Assembly (NCBI RefSeq): GCF_006345805.1
Contig: NC_043019.1
Span: forward strand, 23,559,360-23,623,359
Length of the DNA: 64,000 bases
Reading direction: 5' to 3'
Source of the DNA: Octopus sinensis
Lineage: Eukaryota
The translations under genes and the position numbers were made by a program. This document shows, piece after piece, positions 11,169-23,469 of this stretch. Each line of letters opens with the position of its first letter. Within the stretch, counting starts at the first letter, position 1. The notes beneath the pieces are model-generated. The model was not told where the DNA came from and made no database searches. It saw nothing but the letters and a program-made list of their open reading frames with translations.

Positions 11169-12353
11169 TTACATAGATTAATTAATGATGCTCTAATATC
11201 TCAGGGTAACCAAAGAACATATTGATGCCTTTCTTTCATGTGTCCAAAAGACATATTTTGAAGGGACATTGATGTGATGGCTTAAACATATTAAATTAAG
11301 AGAACTGATTTGCAGCTAAAACATGACATTCTTCCAGTAATGTCTGCCTACTCTTGTTAAGTTATGATTTAGGATTCTTGTCTGTTGTATGTCAGTTTTT
11401 TTATTCCTTTCATCATAAACGATCATTTAAAATCCAAAAATTTGATTCTATATTCCAAGCAATGTCTGACAACTTGGCTGATTATATAAGTTTTTAAAAT
11501 TTATAATTGATTGTTAATTATGAAATAATAACCAAACTTTATTAAATCAATAAGTAGTGATCATCCCAGTTTTTACCTTGTCAACGTAACCAGCCTTGGA
11601 ACAGTTGGTGTGGTCAGTTCAAATCAGACGTGATGGCCATCACTTAGAACAAAAACTCAACATACCAATACAAGTGTGCCTCCTGCCGACTTTGTTTATA
11701 TTGAAATTTGTTGAGGAAAAAATAAAATAAAAAATGGAGGGCAAGCACATATACATACTGACACACATCATATATATAAATATATATATTATGCGTTAGG
11801 AAGGGCATCCAGCTGTAGAAACACTGCCAGATCAGACTGGGCCTGGCGCAGCCTTCTGGCTTCGCAGACCCCAGTTGAACCGTCCAACCCATGCTAGCAT
11901 GGACAACGGACGTTAAACGATGATGATGATGATGATGATCTACAAAATATCAAGTTTCATTTTTTTAGATATAATGTGATGTCCGTCAGCATGTATGTGT
12001 TCGTGGCCACCATTTTTGTTTGCCTTAAATTTTGATGTAATCGTAACCTACACCATTTGACAAGTATTTGGAGAAAATTTCATTGAAAGATACATATTGT
12101 TCTTGAAAGTTATGAGGAAACAAAGTCCAAGTGGTTTACATCTGTGCAGGTATGTCCAGAATTACTTCTCATGGACAATAAACGCGAAAATATCGATGCT
12201 TTTAATTGATAATTCATTGATATTTATAATAGAATGCCTTTTATAGTATATGATCACTTAATGAAAGAGTGACGGATGTTTTAGAATTATTTCCACGAAT
12301 ATGCTTGAAAATATGGCATCAATTTTATAAGATGCAGTGAGTTATTTCTTTTG

Positions 12354-12761
12354 GGCAATCTTTCGTCTCTAGTAGACCTTTCCGTCGATTTCCGTAAAAT
12401 TTTTTTTTTTTTTACATATGGGCTTGCGGGAACTTTTGAAGTAATGAGAGCGAAAGAGACTAAGAGAGAGCGATTTTATGACGAGGGAAGTTCTTTTGAA
12501 GTTACCGTGCATGGGAAGCATTGATGGACATGTGTGTGTGTGTTTGATGGGGTGTGGGAGACAGACAGTATGTTGTGTAAGTGAAGTGCTTCTGTTAGTG
12601 TGTGTGAAGTGAAAGAAAGAGATAACTGAAATTTTTTACTCGGTGTATGTGTATATGTATGTATATTACTTCAAAAGTTCCCGCAAGCCCATATGTAAAA
12701 AAAAAAAAAAAATTTTTTTACGGAAATCGACGGAAAGGTCTACTAGAGACGAAAGATCGCC
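12354..12761. mobile_element. MITE with ~90-bp TIRs and 8-bp TSD (Merlin-like)
   Basis: TIR GGC(A/G)ATCTTTCGTCTCTAGTAGACC...; TSD TTCTTTTG at 12346-12353 and 12762-12769. Confidence 0.8.
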
Positions 12762-13485
12762 TTCTTTTGTTATAAGGTCTTTCGTTGTTTCAAAACGAAA
12801 GGAATTGAGATGAATGCAATGTAAAGCGTAAGTTAAATGTTTTACTCAAAATCTTCAAAATGTTTCAATCATTGCTATATTGCTTTATCTATCTTTAAAC
12901 AAATTCCAAAGAAGGTTTTTCTTTTGAAAAATAATTTACTCAGGTCAATTTTCTTGTGAAGCATCCTAAATGTGGATAGAATTTCAACAGAAGAACAGAT
13001 TGCCTTTTTTTTTCTTCTCTGTAGCATTAATAAAGAATCACGAAATTGTATCTTTTCACATGCAGAATATATATAAACATTTATCGTTATTTTTCCCTTG
13101 GTTAAAGGGTTAATTTTGCTACAATACAATATTATCATCAAGCACTAAAATATTCGATAATAAATCGTTACCTTTACTGATTAAAATAACGAGATTTTGG
13201 TTTCGAAGTGTATCGTCTGGTCAGCGACTAAATACATACACACAAACACAAACACATATACACACATGCGCGTACACATACATACGCGCGCGCGCACACA
13301 CACACACACACACACGTACACATACGCACGCACACACACACATGCACGTACACATACATACGCGCGCGCACACACACAGACACACGCTCAAAATTTATCG
13401 TCTGCTTAACAACTTAACACACACACACATACACTCAAACTTAATCGTCTGCGCATATATACGCATGAGGATTGACATAGACACA

Positions 13486-13813
13486 CATAGATACCTACAT
13501 ACATATGCAGAGACAAACACTCATGCAAACATACGTACATATACATACAATCATGCACTCACACACGCATACGTAATTACAAACACATATACATAAGCAG
13601 GTATACACACACACGCACATACATGGATACGTGTGCACACACACACAAACATACATAGACACCTACATACACATGCAGAGACATACTCATGCAAACATAC
13701 GTACATATACATACACATACAATCATGCACTCATACCCGCACCCGCATACGTAATTACAAACACATATACATAAGCAGGTATACACACACACACACGCGC
13801 ACATACATGGATA
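13486..13813. repeat. Tandem duplication of a CA-rich ~170-bp unit
   Basis: Both units share CTCATGCAAACATACGTACAT...GCATACGTAATTACAAACACATATACATAAGCAGG. Confidence 0.7.
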
Positions 13814-15546
13814 CTTGCACACACACATACATGTGCTTCCCTCTGTCACCATGTTTTAATAACACCAACTCATTTTAATATCCCCAGTGATGTCCGCTCT
13901 GTGAATACAGTCGTTAACGTTTGACTGAATGTAGTTAGTCTCATGAGTTCTTCTATGATGATTGAAAACTTTGTTACAGATTTTGTGTTTGGTAAACAAT
14001 AAACATTTAGAAATTTTCCAGTTGAACATTTGACAATGAGAAACGTTATTTTCAAGCAATTTGGTTCATCACTTGACTCAATTTTAAGTTTCTTTCATTT
14101 TTGCCTTAACTGTTGCTTACTGATCGTTCTTTCAGCCACAAAATTCTTTGAACCTGGTCAAACTTACATAAAATAGTTTCACATTTTATGTGTGTTGCTT
14201 GTCTTAGGTTCTTTGAGGCACCAAAGTTGTGAAGTGATCATTAACACCGACATCAATGTACAGATGATCAACGGTTTAAAACTGTCCGTCGTTATCAATG
14301 TAGAATGTAATTAAATTAAAATATTCTCGAATAATAATAATAATAATAAGTTTGTTATGGCACAATAATAATAAAATACATTGTAAAGACGTCTTTTGAA
14401 AGTTTTTAAAAAATATATTTTTTATTCATTTATAAATATGAAGGAATGCAAAAGTTGCAAAGAAAGCAGAGTTAACTCCCTTATAAAACTGGTCCGAATT
14501 CACTTACGACTGTCAACTCATTGTTTTAGTCTTTTACTTGTTTTAGCCATTTCACTGTGGCCATGCCGGAGCACTGCTTTTAGTCAAGCAAATCGACCCC
14601 AGGACTTATTCTTTGCAAGCCTAGTACTTATGCTATCGTTCTAATTTGCCGAACCGCTAAGTTACGGGGAAGTAAACACACCAGCATCGGTTGTCAAGCG
14701 ATGTTGGGGAGACAAACACAGATAAACAAACATATATATATATATATACGACAGGCTTCTTTCAATTTCCGTCTACCAAATCCACTCACAAGGCTTTGGT
14801 CGTCCCGAGGCTATGGTAGAAGACACTTGCTCAAGGTGCCGTTGAATTATGTTTAATTTGCTGAATTCTGTAGTGAAGTAATAGAGCAGACATTTTAGAA
14901 AGCAGAAAAAAAAAATAGTATGATCGTATACACATATACACACATACTGTCTTCTAAGTATACTTATAGTTGGGACTACATTGTCCAATGTGTCCTTTCT
15001 TTTTACAAGAAAGTGGTAGATTTGGTTGCTATCCTAAAAGGTGGAGTGACCAAGCTGGAATTTCCTCGATTTCATAGTAGTGTGTGTGTGTGTAGTGAAG
15101 AAAGAAAGAGAGAATGTGTGTGTTGTTGAGCGTGGGTAAAAATGTTAACCTTGCAGAAATGCTGAGTAAAAATGAAAACCTTGTGTTCCCTTCTAACAAA
15201 AGAGGCACAAGCACTCTCACACTCGACAGAACTTCTGCCTTCCAAATCCACTCACAAGGCTTTGGTTGGTTCGAGGCTAAAGTAGAAGACATTTGCCCAA
15301 GGTGCCACACTGGGACTAAACTTGGAATCATGGTGGTTGGGAAGTGAAATTCCTACCAAACACAACCATGCCTGTGTCTATGTGTATCATTACTTGGGAA
15401 AAAAATGAATGGGAAACAGGAATCTGTCATTGCATTTATAAAATTAATAACAATTGTAAACTGATTTTTGATTGGCCAATATAATAGAGATGTACTTGCA
15501 TAGCAAGTGACTTGATCTGAGATCGTGTGCTGGAACGAAAACAATT

Positions 15547-15808
15547 GCAGCGTGGAAGGTGTTTATAAACCATTTAAGAAACACACAAAACCGTTAGATT
15601 CACTTCAACATATAAATTTAATTTGTCAAAATATTTTCGTCGCTTTGAGACTGTGACCTGTTCACTGATGCAGCACAAAGTTTTGTCAGTGAACAGGTCG
15701 TGGACTCAAAGCGACGAAAATATTTTGACAAATTAAATTTAAATGTTGAAGTGAATCTAACAGTTTTTGTGTGTTTCTTAAATGGTTTATAAACACCTTC
15801 CACGCTGC
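15547..15808. repeat. ~260-bp near-perfect hairpin whose arms carry hammerhead-like motifs
   Basis: GCAGCGTGGAAGGTG... / ...CACCTTCCACGCTGC; arms about 120 bp. Confidence 0.85.
15682..15732 (+). ncRNA. Putative minimal type I hammerhead ribozyme, G3:C8 core variant
   Basis: TTTGTCA-GTGAACA-G-GTCG-loop-CGAC-GAAA-ATAT-TT-TGACAAA: 7-bp stem I, 4-bp stem II, palindromic stem III. Confidence 0.55.
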
Positions 15809-16629
15809 CATATAATACATTTCCATGGCAACTAAATATGCAAATTAACAAGTTTTATAAGGAAGGGGGAAATCATAAAATATTTTTAGATTGGTTCTCA
15901 GTAAGCATTGTTCTTGTGATGAGAACTTAATGACATTAGCTGAGATATGAAGAAGGGATGACTGCAATAGTTTGGATTTATAATGCTGAATGAGTGGTGA
16001 AATAATAGCATGAATTGATAGTGGAATGGAATGACTGGAAGAAATATAAAGTGTAATGAAGTCAGATATCAGGATTCTGGGTCTCACAGTTGGGACAATG
16101 AACAGAAGTGGCAACATGGAATTCAAACAGTCATTTTCTCGTCTGGCACCTGTGTCGGTGGCACATAAAAAACACCATCCGAGTGTGGCCGTTCGCCAGC
16201 CTCGTCTGGCACCTGTGTCGGTGGCACATAAAAAGCACCCACTACACTCACGGAGTGGTTGGCGTTAGGAAGGGCATCCAGCTGTAGAAACACTGCTAGA
16301 TCTGAGTGGCCTAGTGCAGCCTTCGGGCTTCCCAGACCCCAGTTGAACCGTCCAACCCATGCAAGCATGGAAAGTGGACGTTAAACGATGATGATGATGA
16401 TGAATGGATTGTACTGGTCCAACAGAGAAAATAAATGTTAAAATGATGAAGAGTTATTTGTGATAAAAATTGTTTAATTCTGGTGGGGGTCTTCAGGAAT
16501 AGGAACTAAAATACAAGAGAGCAACAGGAATTGTTAAAACAGTAATTTACAAACCACAAGACAGAGTTTTTTTAAATTTATATTTATAATGAAAACAGAT
16601 TGACTACAGAAACATGTATACAGCTTAAA

Positions 16630-16635
16630 TTTATT
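16630..16635 (-). terminator. Candidate SDE2 polyadenylation signal AATAAA
   Basis: First minus-strand AATAAA I found downstream of the SDE2 stop. Confidence 0.4.
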
Positions 16636-16784
16636 TTGACATGAGCAGAAAACTATTTTTACAATATCTTTTAGAATCAGATGGTAAATGTTTTATATTA
16701 AATATATACATTTATGTAATATGGTAATTTTGGCTTTATCAACCAAATGAAAATAAAGTTTTTTTAAAGATAAAAAATGTATTT

Positions 16785-17191
16785 GGATCTTTTCGGTTTG
16801 AATGGCAGTTTTTTCTAGCGGTGTCATATGAAATTGTCACCCATAATTATGACCCTAGTATTAATCTATTGCATTTCAATCTGTTTTAGGGTTAGGGGGA
16901 AGGGTATCTTTTTTTCTTCACAAATGTAAATAAACCCAATCTGTTTCTTAAACGAGGGACAAATTCATATGGCACAGAATGTTTTTTTTACCTCAATGGA
17001 TGTCATTGATTGGTTGAAATTGCAGAAATTGAAGAAAAACAACAACAAATATCTTAGAATCTATAGAATTTTCTCAATAAAGCCAAGAGAAAAAGATGTT
17101 TTATAAACACATTCTACCAGTATATGAAGTTTAAAATTTTTTAGTTACTGAGAAATTATGTTAAAAACTGCTGTTCAAACCGAAAAGATCC
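16785..17191. mobile_element. MITE (GGATCTTTTCGG TIR, 8-bp TSD) in probable SDE2 3' UTR
   Basis: TIR GGATCTTTTCGGTTTGAA...; TSD ATGTATTT at 16777-16784 and 17192-17199. Confidence 0.85.
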
Positions 17192-17239
17192 ATGTATTTG
17201 AAGCTAAGAATTCTTATTTTCTTTAGGTACATAAATACA

Positions 17240-17452
17240 TTATTTTTTTTTAATCTTTTTCCCTTTTGCCAACAAAGATGGGTCAATCTCTTCAGGTGTT
17301 AATCCTTTCACAGCAAATAAACGTTGGGCTCTTTCTGTCAAAGTACCTCCACATTTCATGCCTCTGTCTTGCAATGCAGCTTTTAACATATCAAGGCCTA
17401 AAACTTCAAGGTCTAAGGCACATTCAATATTTGCCAGAACCTCTCCAACATC
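17240..17452 (-). CDS. SDE2: SDE2 terminal exon 6, SAP-like domain (DVGEV...[29 protein letters not shown]...KKK*)
   Basis: catcag|GAT, TAA at 17242-17240. LGL-x-x-LK-x-AL-x-x-x-G-x-KCGGTL-x-ERA-x-RLF motif. Total CDS 1239 nt = 412 aa plus stop. Confidence 0.95.
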   Translation of the reverse strand, partial: DVGEVLANIECALDLEVLGLDMLKAALQDRGMKCGGTLTERAQRLFAVKGLTPEEIDPSLLAKGKKIKKK

Positions 17453-18305
17453 CTGATGTAAAAACAAAGTAAAGAACAAAATAGTTAATTATATTCTAAT
17501 ATCAGATTATCAATTTTCTAAAAGTGTTTTTAACTATTTCAGTAGCCTCAGCTAATTGAAATGATAGGAATCCCAATAATTGGTCAAAGAGTATCTCATT
17601 AACAGTGCAGTGCTGTGTTCATTCATTATAATAATAATTATAACCCAGTGACTGGCTCCGAATGATGCCAGTACCCTGATTGGCTCCTGTGCTGGTGGCA
17701 TGTAAAATGCACCATCAGAATGTGTTTGTTGCCAGGCCTGCCTTACTGGCTCTGGTGCCAGTGGCACGTAAAAAGCACCAACCGATTGTGACCAATGCCA
17801 GTACCCACTGACTGGCTCCTGTACTAGTGGCACGTAAAAAGCACCATCTGAATGTGATCATTGACAGGCCTGCTTTATAGGCTCCTGTGCTGGTGGCATG
17901 TTAAAAGCACCCACTACACTTTCGAAGTGGTTGGCATTAGGAAGGGCATCCAGCTGTAGAAACTCTACCAGACCTGATTGGAGTCTGGTTCTCCAGACCT
18001 CAGTCAAATCGTCCAACCCATGCCAGCATGGAAAAACGGACATTAATCAATGATGATGATGATTGTTTTTGTTAAGCTGGTGAGCTGGCAGAATCATTAA
18101 CATGCTGGGTAAAATGCTGAGTGGTATTTCGTCCATCTTTACATTCTGAGTTCAAGTTCCAAGGTTGACTTTACTTTTCATCCCTTTGGTGGGGTGAATA
18201 AAACAAATACCAGTTGAGTACTGGGGTCGATATAATCAACTAGCCCCACCTCTCCCAAAATTTCAGGTCTTGTGCCTACAGTAGATAGGATTATTATTGT
18301 TGTTA

Positions 18306-18645
18306 TGGAAATTGCAGCTGTGATACCAGTGCCGGTGGTACGTAAGAGAACCATCCGAATGTGGCCGTGGCCAGCGCCGCCACGACTGGCCTTGTGCCGG
18401 TGGCACGTAAAAAGCACCATCCGATTGTGGCCGTTGCCAGCCTTGCCTGGCCCCCGTGCCAGTGGCACGTAAAAAGCACCCACTACACTCATGGAGTGGT
18501 TGGCGTTAGGAGGGCATCCAGCTATAGAAACATTGCCAGATCAGACTGGGCCTGGTGCAGCCTTCTGGCTTCCCAGACCCCAGTTGAACTGTCCAACCCA
18601 TGCTAGCATGGAAAGCAGATGCTAAATGATGATGATGATGATGAA
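18306..18645 (+). mobile_element. Retroposon family D, SDE2 intron 5
   Basis: Near-identical to 6921-7260. Confidence 0.8.
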
Positions 18646-18695
18646 ATTAATAAATCTCCCCAAAATGCAACAAAAGAAATGAATTTTATTCTTAC

Positions 18696-19095
18696 CAATG
18701 TAGCACCATTTTGTTGAGTTGATTCATCATTATTATTGGTACAAGATGCTACCTCCTTCTCATCTTCTGTTTTGGATGTTGTTGGAGGTGGGGTTTTTGT
18801 AATGGTTGTGGATGATGATGAGTCACCAATACTGTTATTGGTTGCGGAATTATTTGAAGAATCGGGAGATGGAGTGACTTCATGTTCAGGAGGAACAGAC
18901 AGGAATTTTGTAGAGCTCAGAGAACTGTTTGAGTCTGTACAGTCATCAACTGATGTACTGCCAGCGGAGGTGGCAGCGGATGTGGATGCAGTGCAGCTGG
19001 TGCTAGGAAAGACAGTGGCAGACGGACAAGCTGTGGCAATATCAGAGTCATCAGACAAATCACTGTCACTGAGGTTGTCTTTGTTAATTCCAATC
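18696..19095 (-). CDS. SDE2: SDE2 exon 5, acidic Ser/Thr-rich linker (IGINKDNLSDSDLSDDSD...QNGATL)
   Basis: ttatag|G...TTG|gtaaga, 400 nt. The W-I-G formed across the junction parallels human SDE2 WLG; overlaps ORF 18603..19058. Confidence 0.88.
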
Positions 19096-19523
19096 CTATA
19101 AAATTAGAGGAGAGAGAGAGAGAGAAATTAAATTGTATTAAAACAATCCAAAATTTAATTTTATAAAATATAAGTATGCATGTGTATTGGAAATTGGGTG
19201 TAATTTTGAAGACCTAGAAAATGCATAAGAACATTGTGCTTTACTTGAAATGCTAAAATGAGATATTGTTTATGGTAGGGAGAAAAATATTATTTTAAAA
19301 GCATGTCTTATATGAGGAGTGGAAAGAAAAATTCAAAACAATTAGTAGAGCTATTTAATTAAAAACATGAAAATAAAATATATTAAGTATAAGACGCAGC
19401 AGATATAACCAACTTTCTAATTTTGCAACCATTGCAGTATTAATTACCTCTGTAGTAAGCAATAATTCATTTATGTTTTGATTGGTCAAGAAAACTATGG
19501 TGTTGTTATATGTTGCTCATTTG

Positions 19524-19927
19524 CTCTTTGCTCTTTTACTTGTTTCAGTCATTTGACTGCGGCCATGCTGGAGCACCGCCTTTAATCGAGCAACTCGACC
19601 CCGGGACTTATTCTTTTTGTAAGCCCAGTATTTATTTTATCGGTCTCTTTTGCCGAACCGCTAAGTAACGGGGACATAAACACACCAGCATTGGTTGTCA
19701 AGCAATGCTAGGGGGACAAACACAAACATACACGCACACACACATATACACATATATATACATATATACGACGGGCTTCTTTCAGTTTCCGTCTACCAAA
19801 TCCACTCACAAGGCTTTGGTCGGCCCGCGGCTATAGTAGAAGACACTTGCCCAAGGTGCCACGCAGTGGGACTGAACCCGGAACCATGTGGTTGGTAAAC
19901 AAGCTACTTACCACACAGCCACTCCTG
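19524..19927 (-). mobile_element. SINE family C, SDE2 intron 4
   Basis: Near-identical to 3551-3936. Confidence 0.85.
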
Positions 19928-20539
19928 AAATAAAGCAATAATTTATCCTCAAGTAATTTTGAACTAGAGAGCTTTAGTTCTCCAATCACAGATATTAAAT
20001 GTGTAAAAGATAAATCTCTTCCAAGCAAGGATGCTAGTCTGATGGAGGTAAGAATAGAATTTATGTGAAACGGTATTCCAGCCCAGAGACAATGAAAGTC
20101 CTACAGTTGTATATAATCTCACAGCAAGTGATGCCTTGGTGTCTTATTGCAACAGGATTTTCCACTGGCTTGGCTAAGTAATTCTAAAGAAAGTCTATAA
20201 GATGAGCTGAAATTTACTGCAAGTGTTGTGTTGTATATTTATGCAGTGCACTTAATTCTACATCACCTCAGCCTATTTGTATTGTGAAATCTTACTGAAG
20301 ATAGACAGGCAACCTATCCAAGAGGAAATTTGTCACTCACCCATAAAACTGAAACTAAGAATGAGAATCTAATGGAATTAATGAAGTTAATATTTAATAT
20401 TACTTGAGTTCTAAACAGTTGAGTATTACAAAAAAAAAAAAAACCTGGCTCAGATACCAGGAGTTATATTTTCAATGCCATAATTCAATGCAAGTCCCTA
20501 TTCTATATCTACCTTAGAATATAGGTATTCATCTCATGT

Positions 20540-20830
20540 TATCATATAAATACCGCTTTTTTTATATATAAAAAGCGTAATAAAGTTGTCTGAAGATATT
20601 AGTATATGGAGTTTCATAGGTGGTTTGTTGACGACCTTCAACGATCCTGTCTTAACAGCAAGACCAACTCCTTGGATTCCTTTCTCTCCTCTTTCCACTT
20701 TGTCTCTTACAGATTTTCATCCCTTGATGTATTTTGCACAGGGCCACGATATGAATTTTGAACTAAAAATTCTTACTTCTTGTGTTCCAAAGATCAGGCT
20801 GGTAGATGTAGATTCAATTTCGTTAGAATT
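20540..20830 (-). mobile_element. Decayed LINE AP-endonuclease relic in SDE2 intron 4
   Basis: Minus frame ...IFGTQEVRI...GIQGVGLAVK...ISSDNFITLFI resembles QETR / GVGFAIK motifs; one internal stop. Confidence 0.5.
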
Positions 20831-21502
20831 TTGACTACATGAGACTGACTTTCTGGGTGTGGTCCCCCAGCCAGACATTTTAAAAATCTTATTTTACTCA
20901 AAAAGCCCAATGGGGGATAGGAAAAGGGTGATGTCAACAGATTTGGTTCTGTCTAATCTGTATGTGTGGGTTAGCAGCAGAACTGCAACAGTCACCCTTT
21001 CATAACTTATTAAGCTATTTAAGAGCGCTGGTTGTATGTCTGTGAAGTCATATTCAGGAATACAACTGCCCTCTTTCAATGGAGAAGGCCCTAGAAATGT
21101 AGATTGAAAAGTAAAAGTCATTTGATACAGGTAGTTATTTTATGAATTAAGTGTCACATATCTATGGCTTCCTAATCAATCTTTAAGAATTTACATAAAA
21201 TTACATTTCATTTATGTTCCAGGTTTATTGTGATTTAGGGAAATCAATTTGTCAATTATCCAGGGCCTAATATGAAAAATCACCCCTGTAAATCATTAGC
21301 TACACTACAAATTCTTCCATTAATACTCTTGTTCTACATAATGTGGCTGCATTCATTAGAGCTATACATGGCCTCATGGTATACGAGAGACTGTAGTGAT
21401 AGTGTGTGAGGGAAAGCTGTGTTAGGCAAGGATGGAAAAGCATGAAATAGAAATAGTATTATTGTTATTATTATTAGAGATAGATTAAATAAAATGATTT
21501 AC

Positions 21503-21599
21503 CAATTCCAGTGCTTGTCTAAAGATTTACTTTCCAATTTTCGTTTTTTCCCTCCTTGAACACTTTCTGCAGAACTGCTATCTCCATTCCTTTTGAGGC
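21503..21599 (-). CDS. SDE2: SDE2 exon 4 (LKRNGDSSSAESVQGGKKRKLESKSLDKHWNW)
   Basis: tttccag|GC...TG|gtaaat, 97 nt. Phase 1 in and phase 2 out fit both neighbouring exons; basic KKRK patch. Confidence 0.85.
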
Positions 21600-22208
21600 C
21601 TGGAAAAATAAATATCCCATTAAACAGTAAAGAAACAAACACACATACACACACACACATTTATGCACACTAATGTAAGATTATCAAGGGATAAAGATTT
21701 CTTGATGAAAGGGCTCAATACTGGATGTGGAGTCAAAATTATTTTATAGGAATTGATCATGACTTCAAGTTCAGCCTCTGAAAGCTTTGTGAGTTATTTG
21801 GTGGCACTTACTATGTACCAGACAAAATCCTGGGATAGACATAATTGATTAGAACCCATGAAGGCAGTGTTACAGTAAAAATTAAGTGAAAAGAAACATT
21901 ATCCCAGTGAAAATATTAATTATTCAAGTTAAGGTCTGTAATATTAAATGTATCAGGCACTGTCATCTACTAGATAAATGTAATTATTGATGAAAAGTTA
22001 TTTCTAAAATAATGATTAACATTAGTGTATCACATATGCCACCAGGTTATGGTGGAATGAAGAGATTGAAGTGTGACTAAGTCAACTTGGCATAGCTTAT
22101 ATCTCAGCTAAGCAATCATTTATAAAAGTGATAAAAGGTGCAATTTTGTTCAGTAATAAACACTCATTTAAAGCGAAACAAGGGACTTCCAAGGTGGCAA
22201 TGGCTTAC

Positions 22209-22490
22209 CTGCTGTGATCGCATCCTCAAGGTCCTGTGAGACTTTCTCTTTTTGTTTTTGATAAACTTGGTCTTCAAATTTATGTTTTGGTGTTTCTCGA
22301 AGTCGAAGAGATCTTTCTTCTCGACGTCTAGCCCGTTCTTTCTCACGCTCCACTTGTTTAGCCATCCACTCTTTCAACTGCTTCTCATTATTAATGTCTC
22401 GCATACGGCGTCCGCTCAAATCTCGGCAAGCTTCTCGGTTGGTGGTTTTCTCAATCTGGGCACCAATGGCACGTAACATTGAACCAAACC
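22209..22490 (-). CDS. SDE2: SDE2 exon 3 ([37 protein letters not shown]...DAITAG)
   Basis: ttcaaag|GG...GCAG|gtaagc, 282 nt. Contains the hallmark Sde2 domain GFGSMLR...[14 protein letters not shown]. Confidence 0.96.
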
Positions 22491-23351
22491 CTTTGAAAAT
22501 AACACAAATATCATGAAGGAATAAAACAGCCAAAATAGCAAAGTGAAAATAAATCTAAGAAATATTTCAGGTTTTGGATATTTCTATCAAAATTCAGACA
22601 AAACACTCATAAATATTTTCTTCATATTTATTCATAATAATCCTTTCTACTATGGGCACAAGGCCTGAGGGGGCCCAGGGGCTAATCAATAACTTCAATC
22701 CCAGTACTCAACTGGTACTTATTTTATCAACCCCGAAGGGATGAATGGCAAAGTCATCTTCGGCAGAATTTGAACTCATAACATAGAGACTGATGAAATG
22801 CTAAGCATTTTGTCTAACATGCTAATGATTCTACCAGCTTGCCACCTTGTTCATTATAATAATAACCATTATATACCAATGATACTGATGAGAGATCTCA
22901 AAGAAATACTTGATAGAGATTATCAATAGTGACTTGAAGTATCTAAATAATTTCAGACTCATTAGTAACAACATTTACCATCTCTTTCAGAAATGTCATA
23001 TGTTTACTGAATGTTTGCAAGTACGGAAAGACGTACATTTCTTGTGTCTGTGTCACGAATGCAGTTTTATGGAAGAGTTCCAGGATTTCTAAACATCTTT
23101 TAACAGGACTCATTTAAAGTTGCAAGAAAGTTAGAAAACTTTTGTTAACATACAAGGATGATCATTCTAGTCTGATTGTCATCACCATTATCAATGAAAT
23201 GTTCATGGAGTGGAGATGTTTGTCTATCAACACATCTCCACTTGTCTTCCACATCAATCTTATATCCAGCAATAGCATTCTAAGCCCTAGCCTGGTGACA
23301 AGTCTCCCCTTCAGCCAAACAGTTTGATTTGGACAACGATGGTGTACTCAC

Positions 23352-23469
23352 CTCCTTTACCACCAACCAGTCTTGGTAGAAGCTGATAGTGACATCCAGC
23401 TTTAATGACATCATCATCATTTAAGATATGTCCTTGACACGTTAAGTAGCAGTCATCAACCAGAAAGAT
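23352..23469 (-). CDS. SDE2: SDE2 exon 2 (IFLVDDCYLTCQGHILNDDDVIKAGCHYQLLPRLVGGKG)
   Basis: tttgtag|ATC...GGAG|gtgagt, 118 nt. Ends in the SDE2 signature RL-x-GGKG. Confidence 0.93.

Noticed and set aside
13856-14059. ICNKVFNHHRRTHE resembling a C2H2 zinc finger
   Set aside because: Cys/His spacing is wrong and it is a single unit with no linker.
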